A program made the position numbers and the translations under genes. Source: a virus (Duplodnaviria; Caudoviricetes). From it: a DNA stretch of 58,475 nt. Below, piece after piece: positions 1 to 9,281 of this stretch (its first letter is position 1; the number at the start of each line of letters is the position of its first letter). Below the pieces are notes generated by a model. It worked only from the letters and a program-made list of their open reading frames with translations, made no database searches and had not been told where the DNA came from. The DNA lies in IMG/VR virus record IMGVR_UViG_3300009158_003990, positions 1 through 58,475 of that record; one strand, 5' to 3'.

Positions 1-204
1 ATTGGGGGTGGTACTATCCAAGGTGGACAGGTTTATGGTGGTACAACCCATGATGGTATGGACATTCAACACAATCCATGCTCTATTGCTGATGTTTACG
101 CAACAGCCTACAAAGCTTTGGGTTTAGATCCAATGTTCCAAATTAGAGATAATTTAGGGCGACCAATACCTATATCAGAAGGAAAGGCTTTAGATATATT
201 TTGA
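1..204 (+). CDS. DUF1501-family protein, C-terminal fragment (5' truncated)
   Basis: Frame 1 reads IGGGTIQGGQVYGGTTHDG...CSIADVYATAYKALGLDP...LGRPIPISEGKALDIF*, matching the GGG.KGG.VYG.TD...D..AT....LG.DP...GRP C-terminus of DUF1501 proteins; missed by ORF track. Confidence 0.75.
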   Translation: MGGGTIQGGQVYGGTTHDGMDIQHNPCSIADVYATAYKALGLDPMFQIRDNLGRPIPISEGKALDIF

Positions 205-1124
205 TTAATTATTCTTTATGCTTATTTAGTGAATTTGAAAATTCTGTTGAAGAGTCCACAAATAGTTTGCGTAGATATTCAACAGGATTACTTGAGTATT
301 TTTTAAAATTAAATCATGTTGACTTAAAAGTTGTTCAATTTGATTGGAAAACAGAGCGTAATCAAGAAAAAACTTTTGAAAAAATTCCAAAATGTGATTT
401 TTTATTAACAGCTTTATATGCATTAAATGTTTTAAATAACCCTCATTTAGCAAAAGAAAAGGTTAATTATAAAACTTCAACTTTTTTAGAAAATAAAAGT
501 TCGTGGGATTATTCATTTGGAAATCTAAAAGAAAGTTCTCCAGAATGCTATATTCCTTACCCTTGTTCAAAAAGATTGTTTAAATACAAAGAAAAAATTC
601 CAAAAACAATTCTTTTAGACGATCACAATTCAGAAATAGGTTTTGGAAAAGATATATCTGTACAAATAATGAATTGGTTAGAAGAATTTGTAGATAATGG
701 ATATAAAATTTATCAACTTACAAAACAAGGAGATCTGCCACATTCAAAATATATAGAGCCAATATTTAAATGCAATTATCAAGAATATATGGAAAAAACA
801 TCTGAAATTGAATCATTTATAATGACTCACCCAGGAGCTTATGAGAATTCTGTAATAGATATGGTTGCAAGAGGCATTAAAGTATTAGTTCCTATAGATC
901 AAGGAACATTTAAAAGATATGATAAAAGCGAAGGATTTGTGCCAAAAGAAATAATTCAAGATTTTAATTTAAAAACATTTAAAAATAAAGAAGAATTGAT
1001 AGGCGTTATAAAAAAACCATTTGACAATTCAAACATGAAAAGATACATATCTATGATGACTGATATGGAGGAAGTGGTTTCTATAATTGATAAAACTTTT
1101 CAAAGTATTTTAAGTAAAAACTAG
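201..1124 (+). CDS. hypothetical protein, possible GT-B glycosyltransferase-like
   Basis: C-terminal FIMTHPGAYENSVIDMVARGIKVLV resembles the GT-B E.F..S.IEA.A.G.PV motif. Confidence 0.4.
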   Translation: MINYSLCLFSEFENSVEESTNSLRRYSTGLLEYFLKLNHVDLKVVQFDWKTERNQEKTFEKIPKCDFLLTALYALNVLNNPHLAKEKVNYKTSTFLENKSSWDYSFGNLKESSPECYIPYPCSKRLFKYKEKIPKTILLDDHNSEIGFGKDISVQIMNWLEEFVDNGYKIYQLTKQGDLPHSKYIEPIFKCNYQEYMEKTSEIESFIMTHPGAYENSVIDMVARGIKVLVPIDQGTFKRYDKSEGFVPKEIIQDFNLKTFKNKEELIGVIKKPFDNSNMKRYISMMTDMEEVVSIIDKTFQSILSKN

Positions 1125-1131
1125 GAATAAT

Positions 1132-1629
1132 ATGATATTGCATTTAAAAGAATTTTTTACTAAAGAACAATGCTCTTTTTTAAGTGGTGTTTTGTTAGGT
1201 TATTACAAAAACAATAGCCTTACTTGGGAAGGCAATGATCATCATTATAAAAATTCTTATGGTTCAACAATTCCAGAGTTTGAATCTATACTTGAAGACA
1301 TAACCCCAAGAATAAAAATATTATTAAAGAATGACAACATAGTTAAAGTAAACAGTTATAGTAGAATTTATTTTAATGAATCGATTCTAAAAAAACATGT
1401 AGACAGACAAGATCTAGAATACACATTGAGTGTTTGTATATTTGATAATACAAGTAAAAAGTGGCCTTTATTTGTTGAGTTTGAGGATTCTGTTGTAGAA
1501 GTTGCAACGAATGTTGGTGATGGGGCATTAATTTTAGGAACAAAAATGCCACATTGGAGAGAAAATCTTGCGTGTAATGAAAATCAAATGATAATGCAGT
1601 GCTTTTTTCATTGGAAAAATATTAAGTAA
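1132..1629 (+). CDS. 2OG-Fe(II) oxygenase superfamily protein
   Basis: YSRIY, HxD (HVDR), distal His (PHWRE), GDGAL; typical phage 2OG oxygenase. Confidence 0.75.
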   Translation: MILHLKEFFTKEQCSFLSGVLLGYYKNNSLTWEGNDHHYKNSYGSTIPEFESILEDITPRIKILLKNDNIVKVNSYSRIYFNESILKKHVDRQDLEYTLSVCIFDNTSKKWPLFVEFEDSVVEVATNVGDGALILGTKMPHWRENLACNENQMIMQCFFHWKNIK

Positions 1630-1725
1630 TTTTAGATGAATAATTGTTTGTTTAAAACGAACAATATAATATGGATCTGATATGTTATCAGGTCATTTTT
1701 GCGGTGTCTTTAGGAGGAAGATTTT

Positions 1726-1941
1726 ATGTTGGATTTATTCTTGGCAACATCGATTGCCTTTGGTTCTGAGTCTGTTAATGCTATTGGACTTCGTTCTAAG
1801 TCCAGTTGTTCTGGTGGTGTTTGTTCGTCTTCTGCACCTGTTGCAGTTGAAACCAATAAAAAACCAGAAACAAAGGCTGTTATTGCTACGCAAAAACAAT
1901 CTAGGTTCAAAGGACATCTTCGCTCAAAGAAATGTCGTTAA
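1726..1941 (+). CDS. small putative exported protein
   Basis: AGGAGG RBS; hydrophobic N-terminus, CSGGVC motif, basic tail. Confidence 0.55.
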   Translation: MLDLFLATSIAFGSESVNAIGLRSKSSCSGGVCSSSAPVAVETNKKPETKAVIATQKQSRFKGHLRSKKCR

Positions 1942-1953
1942 TCTATACGAGAC

Positions 1954-1986
1954 ATGGGGTTGTGTAAAAACAGCCCCATTGTTTTG
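1954..1986 (+). terminator. putative rho-independent terminator
   Basis: ATGGGGTTGT-GTAAAA-ACAGCCCCAT stem-loop followed by TGTTTTG after ORF 1726-1941. Confidence 0.6.
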
Positions 1987-2025
1987 TAAGAAAAACACAT
2001 ACATATTTCTTACAAGGAGGTTTAA

Positions 2026-2925
2026 GTGCTTAAAGTTTATGACATGTTTTCGGGCATAGGCGGTTTTGCTTTAGGGTTTCAAAAAGAAGGTTTTGAAGTA
2101 ACTGCTTTCGCAGAAGTAGATAAGTATCCTTCTCAAGTCTTGGCAAAAAACTTTCCAAACATTCCAAATTATGGCGATGTTACAAAAATAAAATACGAAA
2201 AAGATCAATTTGATGTAATAGTTGGGGGTTTCCCTTGCACAGATATATCTATAGCAAGCCAATCAAAGGAGGGCATATATGGAAAAAGATCGTTCCTATG
2301 GAAAGAATTCTTCCGAGCAGTTAGAGATGTTCAACCAAAATACTGTGTCATTGAAAATGTCTTTATGCTGCTTGGAAGAGGGCTTGAAACGGTATTACAA
2401 GACCTTGCCAGCATCGGGTACGATGCGACTTATACAACGCTCGATGCCCAATACTGTGGAACAGCCCAACGAAGGCGTAGGGTTTACATTTTGGGGGTGC
2501 GTGATGGAATCCCCGCCAATAGCGATATACTCCAGTTTGGCCCTCGTAGTACTAGAACCTGTCAACAAAGCGTTCAACTTGTCAAAAAAAGCTTTGAATG
2601 GAATTTTAAAGAGAGCATGTGGTTCAAAGAAACCTTTGCCTACTTTACTCGCCAAAGAAGTGATCAATTTGATGAATGCGGAGTCTCATCAACCTTAACA
2701 AAAAGAGATTATAAATCATTTACAGATTTAGTGGTATCTGATGGGAATATACGCAGAGTAACGCCTACAGAGAGACTTAGACTTATGGGTTTTCATGACC
2801 ATTGGCATATTCCAGATGCTTCAAATACTGATAAATATAAATACAATGGTATGCATGTACCTTCAGTACAGTACATAGCAAGATGTTTAAAGGAGTATCA
2901 CAAATGTTTGAGTTCTCAAAAATAG
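2026..2925 (+). CDS. dcm: DNA (cytosine-5)-methyltransferase
   Basis: Motif I FSGIGG, motif IV GGFPCTDIS, motif VI IENV, motif VIII QRRRRVY; GTG start with AGGAGG RBS. Confidence 0.92.
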   Translation: MLKVYDMFSGIGGFALGFQKEGFEVTAFAEVDKYPSQVLAKNFPNIPNYGDVTKIKYEKDQFDVIVGGFPCTDISIASQSKEGIYGKRSFLWKEFFRAVRDVQPKYCVIENVFMLLGRGLETVLQDLASIGYDATYTTLDAQYCGTAQRRRRVYILGVRDGIPANSDILQFGPRSTRTCQQSVQLVKKSFEWNFKESMWFKETFAYFTRQRSDQFDECGVSSTLTKRDYKSFTDLVVSDGNIRRVTPTERLRLMGFHDHWHIPDASNTDKYKYNGMHVPSVQYIARCLKEYHKCLSSQK

Positions 2926-3536
2926 CAGAAAAATTTGACGAACACTTGTCTGGACAATTATATTGGCACAGCAATTTCGTTAATCATTTCTTGCCTGAGA
3001 TTGCATCTGTATTTATGGCAGAAGAAACAAATTGTTATGATTTTGGGGCAAGCACAGGTAATGTTGAGTTAGCTTTATCAAGTATGATTAAATCAAGAAA
3101 CATAGATTTTATACCTGTTGAAAAATGCAAAGAAATGGTAGAAAGATATAAAGGTGAAAGCGAAGTAGTTCTTGATGACTTTCTCAATATTTATATGGAA
3201 GAGTTTTCATTTGCCACATGCATTTTATCTCTATGTTTTGTTCATCCATCAAAAAGAGAAATGTTTATAGATTCTTTAAAAAATAACTGTATGATTGGCG
3301 GTGCTTTTGTGATATTAGAAAAAATGAAATCTAAAGGTGGATACTTAGGAACAGCTTTAAATAGAGTCACATGGCGTAACAAGATTGAAAATGGTGAATC
3401 TTTAAAAATGGTGATTAATAAAGAGCTTTCTTTAAGTGGTGTTCAGTATCCATTAAGCGAAAAAGAACTTGAAGGATTTGAGTTAATATGGGCTTATGGT
3501 GATTTTAGAGCTTATATTTGGCTAAAGGAGTTTTAA
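2904..3536 (+). CDS. CmoA-like (carboxy-SAM synthase family) SAM-dependent protein
   Basis: F.F..IAE.FDEH, YDFGASTG, GGAFVILEK resemble CmoA; ATG 2904 with AGGAG RBS, overlaps dcm stop. Confidence 0.7.
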   Translation: MFEFSKIAEKFDEHLSGQLYWHSNFVNHFLPEIASVFMAEETNCYDFGASTGNVELALSSMIKSRNIDFIPVEKCKEMVERYKGESEVVLDDFLNIYMEEFSFATCILSLCFVHPSKREMFIDSLKNNCMIGGAFVILEKMKSKGGYLGTALNRVTWRNKIENGESLKMVINKELSLSGVQYPLSEKELEGFELIWAYGDFRAYIWLKEF

Positions 3537-3537
3537 A

Positions 3538-3786
3538 ATGGATGAAGAATTAGATTATCATTGTTCTGAATGCGGTGTTCAAATTTCAGAGTGGATGCTT
3601 AGAGATGTAGATGGAGTTACAGTTGACACTTGTTTAAATTGTGCTATTAAAACATCATTAATGTCATGCCCTGTTTGCAATAAAAATATAGGAATGACAA
3701 ATGTAGATCGTGCAAATAGAATACTAGGAGATGGATGGGAAGAAATGTGTGAAGAGTGTGCAACTGAATTTAATAGAAAGAAATAA
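3538..3786 (+). CDS. Cys-rich zinc-finger protein
   Basis: Four CxxC pairs. Confidence 0.6.
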   Translation: MDEELDYHCSECGVQISEWMLRDVDGVTVDTCLNCAIKTSLMSCPVCNKNIGMTNVDRANRILGDGWEEMCEECATEFNRKK

Positions 3787-3787
3787 A

Positions 3788-3937
3788 ATGGAAGATGAAT
3801 TTATTATTACTTTTTTAAATAATAAAAAGTATAGAATTAAAGATGTTAAAAAAATAGTTAAAGATGAACCAAAAATTAACAAAAAATATATAAGCGAGAT
3901 AGATGAAAAAATATGTAAGTGGAAAATAAAATGGTGA
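3788..3937 (+). CDS. hypothetical protein
   Basis: ATG immediately after upstream stop, fills operon gap. Confidence 0.4.
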   Translation: MEDEFIITFLNNKKYRIKDVKKIVKDEPKINKKYISEIDEKICKWKIKW

Positions 3938-4350
3938 ACATAAAGTTAATAATAAATAATAAAGTTTATTATGCTATGTGTAGTGATGAATCAAATAAAC
4001 AAAAAATGAAAATGGGTATAACTTGGGCAGATTTACTTCATCATCTTGAATCTGGTCCATTTTTAGAAGAATCTGAAATAAATCAAAATAGCGAAAACAA
4101 TCACCTAATAGATTTATCTGAAAGCTTAGATGGATTAAAGTTTTTAATTTTTACTTTTAAAAGCAATGGTAAAAAAATGTTTTCTGTTCACTGTAATGAA
4201 AAAATTTTGATTAGTAAAAAAATGCCATTTAATAAATGGAGAGCTTATTTAAGTTGTGGACATTCTTTTTTGATGGACTCATCTATAGACAGTCAAAATA
4301 AATATAAAAGGGTTTTTTGTTCTAATTGTTTGGAGCATTCTTATGATTAA
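3919..4350 (+). CDS. hypothetical protein
   Basis: ORF in tight operon; C-terminal LSCGH...CSNC zinc motif. Confidence 0.55.
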   Translation: MENKMVNIKLIINNKVYYAMCSDESNKQKMKMGITWADLLHHLESGPFLEESEINQNSENNHLIDLSESLDGLKFLIFTFKSNGKKMFSVHCNEKILISKKMPFNKWRAYLSCGHSFLMDSSIDSQNKYKRVFCSNCLEHSYD

Positions 4351-4786
4351 TGGTTATGTAAGAAAAGATAGGCTTTCTAAAATAAAATTAATTTCTGGAG
4401 GACTAGTAATGATTTCTTTAGAGCAATTAGAGTATTTGCTTAAAGATCTTACTGGAAAATCATATGATGTTTTTGAAATTTTTACTTTAATTAGAGGTTT
4501 TGATGGCGACATAATAAATATGGATATGATGGATACTATGGTTGCTGATTGCATGTACACTTTAAATACAGACGGAACTAATTGTAAACATGTTACTTTA
4601 TCGCCTGTTGCCGAAGAAAAAGAAACATCTAGAATGATTATGGAAGGTGAGCAAACAATGCAGGAATATTATATTTCTGAAACAAGAAGACTTAAAGTTA
4701 ATATTTCAAAGAATCTTAGTTTTGTAACCGAAAAATGTAATGAATACAAAAAGGCAATGATAGGTAAAAAAAATGAAAACAGATGA
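4343..4786 (+). CDS. hypothetical protein
   Basis: 147 aa ORF overlapping neighbours. Confidence 0.55.
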   Translation: MINGYVRKDRLSKIKLISGGLVMISLEQLEYLLKDLTGKSYDVFEIFTLIRGFDGDIINMDMMDTMVADCMYTLNTDGTNCKHVTLSPVAEEKETSRMIMEGEQTMQEYYISETRRLKVNISKNLSFVTEKCNEYKKAMIGKKNENR

Positions 4787-5396
4787 TATTATGAAAAGAA
4801 TTGAGCATGGAAATAGTTTAGCGGACAAACTAGCACATTATCTCAATTTTAGATTTAAGTATGAATTTGAAAAAGCTTCTCTTGAAGAAGATAGAAATCT
4901 AATGATTGATTATAAATGTAAGAAAAATAATAAAACTGCACAATTTAAGTGTCGTGAAAATAAATCAGACATTATTTATGAAGTAATGAGATTTTATTCT
5001 TTAAATGGACAAGATCATCAAGAAGCACCAGGAAGAGATGTGAGAACAACATCACAACTTTATATATGCTTATCTTCTGATAAAAGAAAAATAATTGTTG
5101 CAGAAACTGAAGCTGTTAAAAAAGTTGTAAATAAAGAAATGCAAAAAATAATAATGAATGCTGGAGTAGCAAAACAATATGAAATAGATTGTCAGACAAC
5201 AAGAAATAAAACAAAAAGATTGTCTACAAGCAAGTCTGGAATTGAAATATGGTTTAAGGTAGACGAAGGAAGAGACTCAAGATATTACAGTAAAGTTTTA
5301 GTTTTTATTCCATATTCTGCAATATTTGAATCAATAACAATTGATGTAAGAGAAAATGAAAATATAGAAGATGAAAGGACTTGGAAAAATGAATGA
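4773..5396 (+). CDS. hypothetical protein, possible PD-(D/E)xK nuclease fold
   Basis: ED...IDY...AQFKCR pattern resembles a D...QxK nuclease motif. Confidence 0.4.
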   Translation: MKTDDIMKRIEHGNSLADKLAHYLNFRFKYEFEKASLEEDRNLMIDYKCKKNNKTAQFKCRENKSDIIYEVMRFYSLNGQDHQEAPGRDVRTTSQLYICLSSDKRKIIVAETEAVKKVVNKEMQKIIMNAGVAKQYEIDCQTTRNKTKRLSTSKSGIEIWFKVDEGRDSRYYSKVLVFIPYSAIFESITIDVRENENIEDERTWKNE

Positions 5397-5985
5397 TGAA
5401 ATCATGTTTAATCAAAGAAATCCACATGTTGTAATTGTTGATGAATTTTATAAAGATCCAGATTCAATTGTAGAAACAACAAAAGAATTTGTATTTAAAG
5501 AAGAAAATAAATTTTACAAAGGAAAAAGAACAACCCAATGTTTATTTCCTTATGTAAAAGAAGAATTTGAAAGAATACTTAATGTTGAAATAGTTGATTG
5601 GTTAAATCAACCTATGAATGGCGTTTTTCAAATAACAGAAGGCAAAGATCCTTTAGTCTATCATAGCGATCAACAAGACTATGCAGCAGCAGTATATTTA
5701 ACAAAAGATGGACCAACAAATGCTGGAACATCATTTTGGATAGATAAAAAATATGGGTGTAGAAGACCACCAAGTCACCCATTAGAACATAGAGAAGGAA
5801 TAAGCGATTCAGATATATATACACAACATAATCTTACGCATGAAGATAATTGGGAATTAGTAGATAGAGTTGGTTCTGTGTATAATCGCCTAGTTATTTG
5901 GGATGGAAAAATGATTCATTCTGCCACTATGTATGGTGATTTTTCTAGGTTGGTTCAACTATTCTTTTTTAATGTGAAAAAATAA
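5389..5985 (+). CDS. 2OG-Fe(II) oxygenase-like protein (DUF6445-like)
   Basis: VIVDEFYKDPD, HSD, AAVYL, GTSF, NRLVIWDG..IHSA, RLVQLFF. Confidence 0.7.
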   Translation: MNDEIMFNQRNPHVVIVDEFYKDPDSIVETTKEFVFKEENKFYKGKRTTQCLFPYVKEEFERILNVEIVDWLNQPMNGVFQITEGKDPLVYHSDQQDYAAAVYLTKDGPTNAGTSFWIDKKYGCRRPPSHPLEHREGISDSDIYTQHNLTHEDNWELVDRVGSVYNRLVIWDGKMIHSATMYGDFSRLVQLFFFNVKK

Positions 5986-7235
5986 TGCCATACTTTTCAA
6001 TTGTAACACCAACACATAACGCACAATTTCTTGCTAGACTTTCTAGATCTATAGAAAGGCAAACATTTAAAGATTTTGAATGGATAATTGTTCCTAATGG
6101 AAATGCCAACATTGATATTGAAACTTTGGCTTTTAAACCAAAAGTTATTTATTCTGGTTATCCAAATTCAAAATTAATTGGTCATTTTAAAAAAAGAGGG
6201 TGCTTTGCATCTCAAGGAACTATATTAGTAGAAGTAGATCATGATGATGAACTAACAGAAGATTGCTTGCAAGAATTATATAATGCATTTAATTCAGATG
6301 AGACAATTGATTTTGCATATTCAAATTGTGCAGAAATAAATGCTGATGGAGAACCATTTGTTTACTCTAACTATTTTGGCTGGAGAAATAGACCGCTTAA
6401 GTATTATGGAAGAGATCTTTTAGAACTAATATCATTCGATCCAAATCCAGCTTCATTTTCTAAGATTTGGTTTGCACCAAATCATGTGAGAGCTTGGAAA
6501 AAATCTTTCTATGATAAAATTGGTGGTCATAATGAAACAATGGAAGTTTTAGATGATCACGATATTCTTTGCAGAACATACATACAAGGCAAAGTTAAAC
6601 ATATAGATAAGTGTTTGTATATTTACTATAAGCACAAAGAAAATACCTGTTATGGTGAGAAGAATGCTTTTATTCAAGAAGAGACATTAAACATTCATGA
6701 TAAGTATATTTATGCATTAGTTGAGAAATGGTGCGACCTTAATAGTTTGCTTAAGATAGACCTTTGTGGAGGTTTTAATTCTCCAAAGGGGTACAAGTCA
6801 ATAGACATGCAAAACGCAGAAATTATACACGATTTAAACGATCCTTGGCCTTTTAAAGATAGCGAAGTAGGATTGATAAGGGCACATGATGCACTAGAAC
6901 ATTTAAGAGATCCAATTCATGTTATGAGAGAATCTTATAGGTGCTTGTGTCCAATGGGTTGGTTTTTAACTCAAACCCCATCAACAGATGGTAGAGGTGC
7001 TTTTCAAGATCCAACACACATATCTTTTTGGAACAGCAATAGCTTTTGGTATTACACTAAAGAAGAACAGGCAAAATATATCGGAACACCAGTAAGATTT
7101 CAAGGAAATAGAATTAAGAATTTTTATCCAACTGATTGGCACAAGACACATAATATACTTTATGTAAAAGCTGACCTTGTAAGACTTCCAGATAGAAATT
7201 TAAATGTAAGAGTTCCTGGAGAAGTCTCAATATGA
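5985..7235 (+). CDS. GT2 glycosyltransferase fused to class I methyltransferase domain
   Basis: SIVTPTHN, EVDHDD (DxD), DDHDILCR; C-terminal IDLCGG...AHDALEHL..P...E.YR.L.P.G. Confidence 0.85.
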   Translation: MPYFSIVTPTHNAQFLARLSRSIERQTFKDFEWIIVPNGNANIDIETLAFKPKVIYSGYPNSKLIGHFKKRGCFASQGTILVEVDHDDELTEDCLQELYNAFNSDETIDFAYSNCAEINADGEPFVYSNYFGWRNRPLKYYGRDLLELISFDPNPASFSKIWFAPNHVRAWKKSFYDKIGGHNETMEVLDDHDILCRTYIQGKVKHIDKCLYIYYKHKENTCYGEKNAFIQEETLNIHDKYIYALVEKWCDLNSLLKIDLCGGFNSPKGYKSIDMQNAEIIHDLNDPWPFKDSEVGLIRAHDALEHLRDPIHVMRESYRCLCPMGWFLTQTPSTDGRGAFQDPTHISFWNSNSFWYYTKEEQAKYIGTPVRFQGNRIKNFYPTDWHKTHNILYVKADLVRLPDRNLNVRVPGEVSI

Positions 7236-7444
7236 AAATAATAATTAAAAACACATCTGGAGATTTTTTTTGCAAACAACCAGAAGTTGGAATTACAAAA
7301 AATAAAAAAGATGCCCATATATTTTTTTGTTTAAATGATTATCATGCAAATTTAATTTTAGAAAAAACAAAGCAATTTATTTCAAATGATAATTTAAATC
7401 TTGAGATTATTGATAAAACAGAAATTAATTTAAATATAGAGTAA
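7232..7444 (+). CDS. hypothetical protein
   Basis: ATGA overlap with upstream gene. Confidence 0.5.
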   Translation: MKIIIKNTSGDFFCKQPEVGITKNKKDAHIFFCLNDYHANLILEKTKQFISNDNLNLEIIDKTEINLNIE

Positions 7445-7451
7445 AACATTT

Positions 7452-7640
7452 ATGAAAATTAAAAAGAATAGACAAAAAAAAGCTAGAAGAATTATGCTTC
7501 TTGCAGCAATAAGAATGTCTAAAGAAATTGGAATTAAATTTGATAGAATTAATATGGAAGAAACAAGAGATATTTATATGTGCAAGTATGGCGTAGATAG
7601 TTTGATTAGGCGATTTGATATAGCGAGTATTGTTGCTTGA
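7452..7640 (+). CDS. hypothetical protein
   Basis: Short basic ORF in operon. Confidence 0.5.
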   Translation: MKIKKNRQKKARRIMLLAAIRMSKEIGIKFDRINMEETRDIYMCKYGVDSLIRRFDIASIVA

Positions 7641-8033
7641 TTATTTCTTTGGTGTCTTTGTTTTAATTCCAGATTTTTTATATTCATTTCTCATAGATTG
7701 TTTGTCATCTATAGCAAACAGTATTTTTTCTTTAATGCTCTGTGCGTGTTTAATTTTTGATTCATTCTGTTCTTTTGAGCTATCTCCCAATCCATTCATC
7801 ATAAGTTTGTTGTATTTGACTCCAGCTTTTTTAAGTGCTTCTGTTGTGTCTTTCCTATTCGACTCAGGTCTGCCAGTTATAATGTATATTTTGTTTTCTT
7901 TTGACAACTCATTAACATAATCAATAACTTTTTTAATTGGGTATATACCATTACGCAATATAGTATTGTCAATATCAACAATTACTACGCTTGAATTAGA
8001 AAAATAAGCATGTATATCTTTTATTATATTCAC
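7641..8033 (-). CDS. HAD-family phosphatase (polynucleotide kinase 3'-phosphatase-like)
   Basis: DIDNT motif I, ITGRPE motif II, K, AIDD motif IV; probable GTG start at 8033 after AAGGAG. Confidence 0.8.
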   Translation of the reverse strand: MNIIKDIHAYFSNSSVVIVDIDNTILRNGIYPIKKVIDYVNELSKENKIYIITGRPESNRKDTTEALKKAGVKYNKLMMNGLGDSSKEQNESKIKHAQSIKEKILFAIDDKQSMRNEYKKSGIKTKTPKK

Positions 8034-8055
8034 ATTAATCTCCTTATTTAATAAG

Positions 8056-8070
8056 TACACCGTGGTGTAT
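8056..8070. promoter_or_regulatory. inverted GGTGTA repeat between divergent genes (putative back-to-back phage promoters)
   Basis: TACACC-GT-GGTGTA perfect inverted repeat; each half reads GGTGTA toward an AT-rich tract, an RBS and a gene. Confidence 0.5.
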
Positions 8071-8092
8071 TTTATATTAAAGGGAGCTAAAA

Positions 8093-8671
8093 ATGAAATT
8101 AAATATACTTACTGTTTTATTTAGAAAAGAATTTTTAGAAAAACAAATAGAATCAATCCCAAATAGAAATGATATAAATTGGATAATTTGTAAAACTAAA
8201 TCTTGGGGTGAATTGCCAAAAGAAATAGTTAATAATAATAAAAATTTTTCAACAATTGTTGCTGAAGTTGACTGCGATGAAATAAAAGAAAATTTTGTAG
8301 CAAAAATAAATTATGGAATGTCTTTTGTTGAAAACGGGTTTTTTTACTTGTTAGATGACGATAATATTGTTCACAAAAATATGATTTCTTTTTATGATAC
8401 GCATAAACAATACGATATGATAATTGGAAAACAAATATATAAAAATGGAAATTTGCGTATATATGCACACATACCAAAACAAGACCACATAGATATGGGC
8501 AATGTTATATGCACAACAAAAATTTTAAAAGATGTTGATTATTTTAATAATGTTGATAAATCAATGTCATCATATGATGGGCAGTTTTGGATGCAGTGTT
8601 ATTCAAAATTAAAAAAGGAAAATGTTTTTTTAACAGATGAAACTATATTTTATTATAATGGACTAAGATAA
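8093..8671 (+). CDS. GT2-like (GT-A) glycosyltransferase
   Basis: FYLLDDDN DxD motif; IDMG; DG.F. Confidence 0.7.
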   Translation: MKLNILTVLFRKEFLEKQIESIPNRNDINWIICKTKSWGELPKEIVNNNKNFSTIVAEVDCDEIKENFVAKINYGMSFVENGFFYLLDDDNIVHKNMISFYDTHKQYDMIIGKQIYKNGNLRIYAHIPKQDHIDMGNVICTTKILKDVDYFNNVDKSMSSYDGQFWMQCYSKLKKENVFLTDETIFYYNGLR

Positions 8672-9279
8672 TGGCTATAGGTGTTCATAAAATAACAGAA
8701 GATTTTGAATTATTGGTTTCTAAGTATACCAATGCTCCTTATTGTGTTGCTATTGATAATTGTAGCAATGCTTTATTTCTTGCTCTTTCATATGAAAACA
8801 TAAAAGATAAAAAAATAAGTATTCCATCTAGAACTTACCCATCTGTTCCATGTGAAATAATTCATGCTGATGGTAAAGTTGAATTTTATCAAGTTGAAGG
8901 AAAAATAAAAGGTGAATATCAACTACTAGGAACAAAAGTATTTGATAGTGCTTTAAGATTTACATCTAATATGTACAGAAAAGGATTTACTCAATGTCTT
9001 TCTTTTAGTGGTCCTCACAAGCATTTAAAGCTTGGCAAAGGAGGGATGATATTAACTGACGATATAGAAGCTTATAAATGGTATAAGAAAGCAAGATTTA
9101 GCGGAAGAAGCGAATGTAGCTATCACGATGATAATTTTACCATGACAGGTTGGAACTTTTACATGCTTCCAGAAATAGCTGCTAAAGGAATAGGTCTTAT
9201 GGCAGGAATAAAAGATCATAATGAAGATTTAGAATTATTGTATCCTGATTTAAGTAATTTTAAAGTATATAAAAAATAA
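8671..9279 (+). CDS. DegT/DnrJ/EryC1/StrS-family PLP sugar aminotransferase (short form)
   Basis: NCSNALFLAL, PSRTY, FDSA, LSFSGPHKHL..GKGGMILTD (PLP Lys), GWNFYM; only 202 aa. Confidence 0.8.
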   Translation: MAIGVHKITEDFELLVSKYTNAPYCVAIDNCSNALFLALSYENIKDKKISIPSRTYPSVPCEIIHADGKVEFYQVEGKIKGEYQLLGTKVFDSALRFTSNMYRKGFTQCLSFSGPHKHLKLGKGGMILTDDIEAYKWYKKARFSGRSECSYHDDNFTMTGWNFYMLPEIAAKGIGLMAGIKDHNEDLELLYPDLSNFKVYKK

Positions 9280-9281
9280 TT

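Noticed and set aside
1132-2925. TET/JBP-type 5mC oxidation by the 2OG oxygenase near dcm
   Set aside because: The oxygenase looks like the generic small phage type, lacks TET/JBP hallmarks I can recognise, and is separated from dcm by another gene and a terminator
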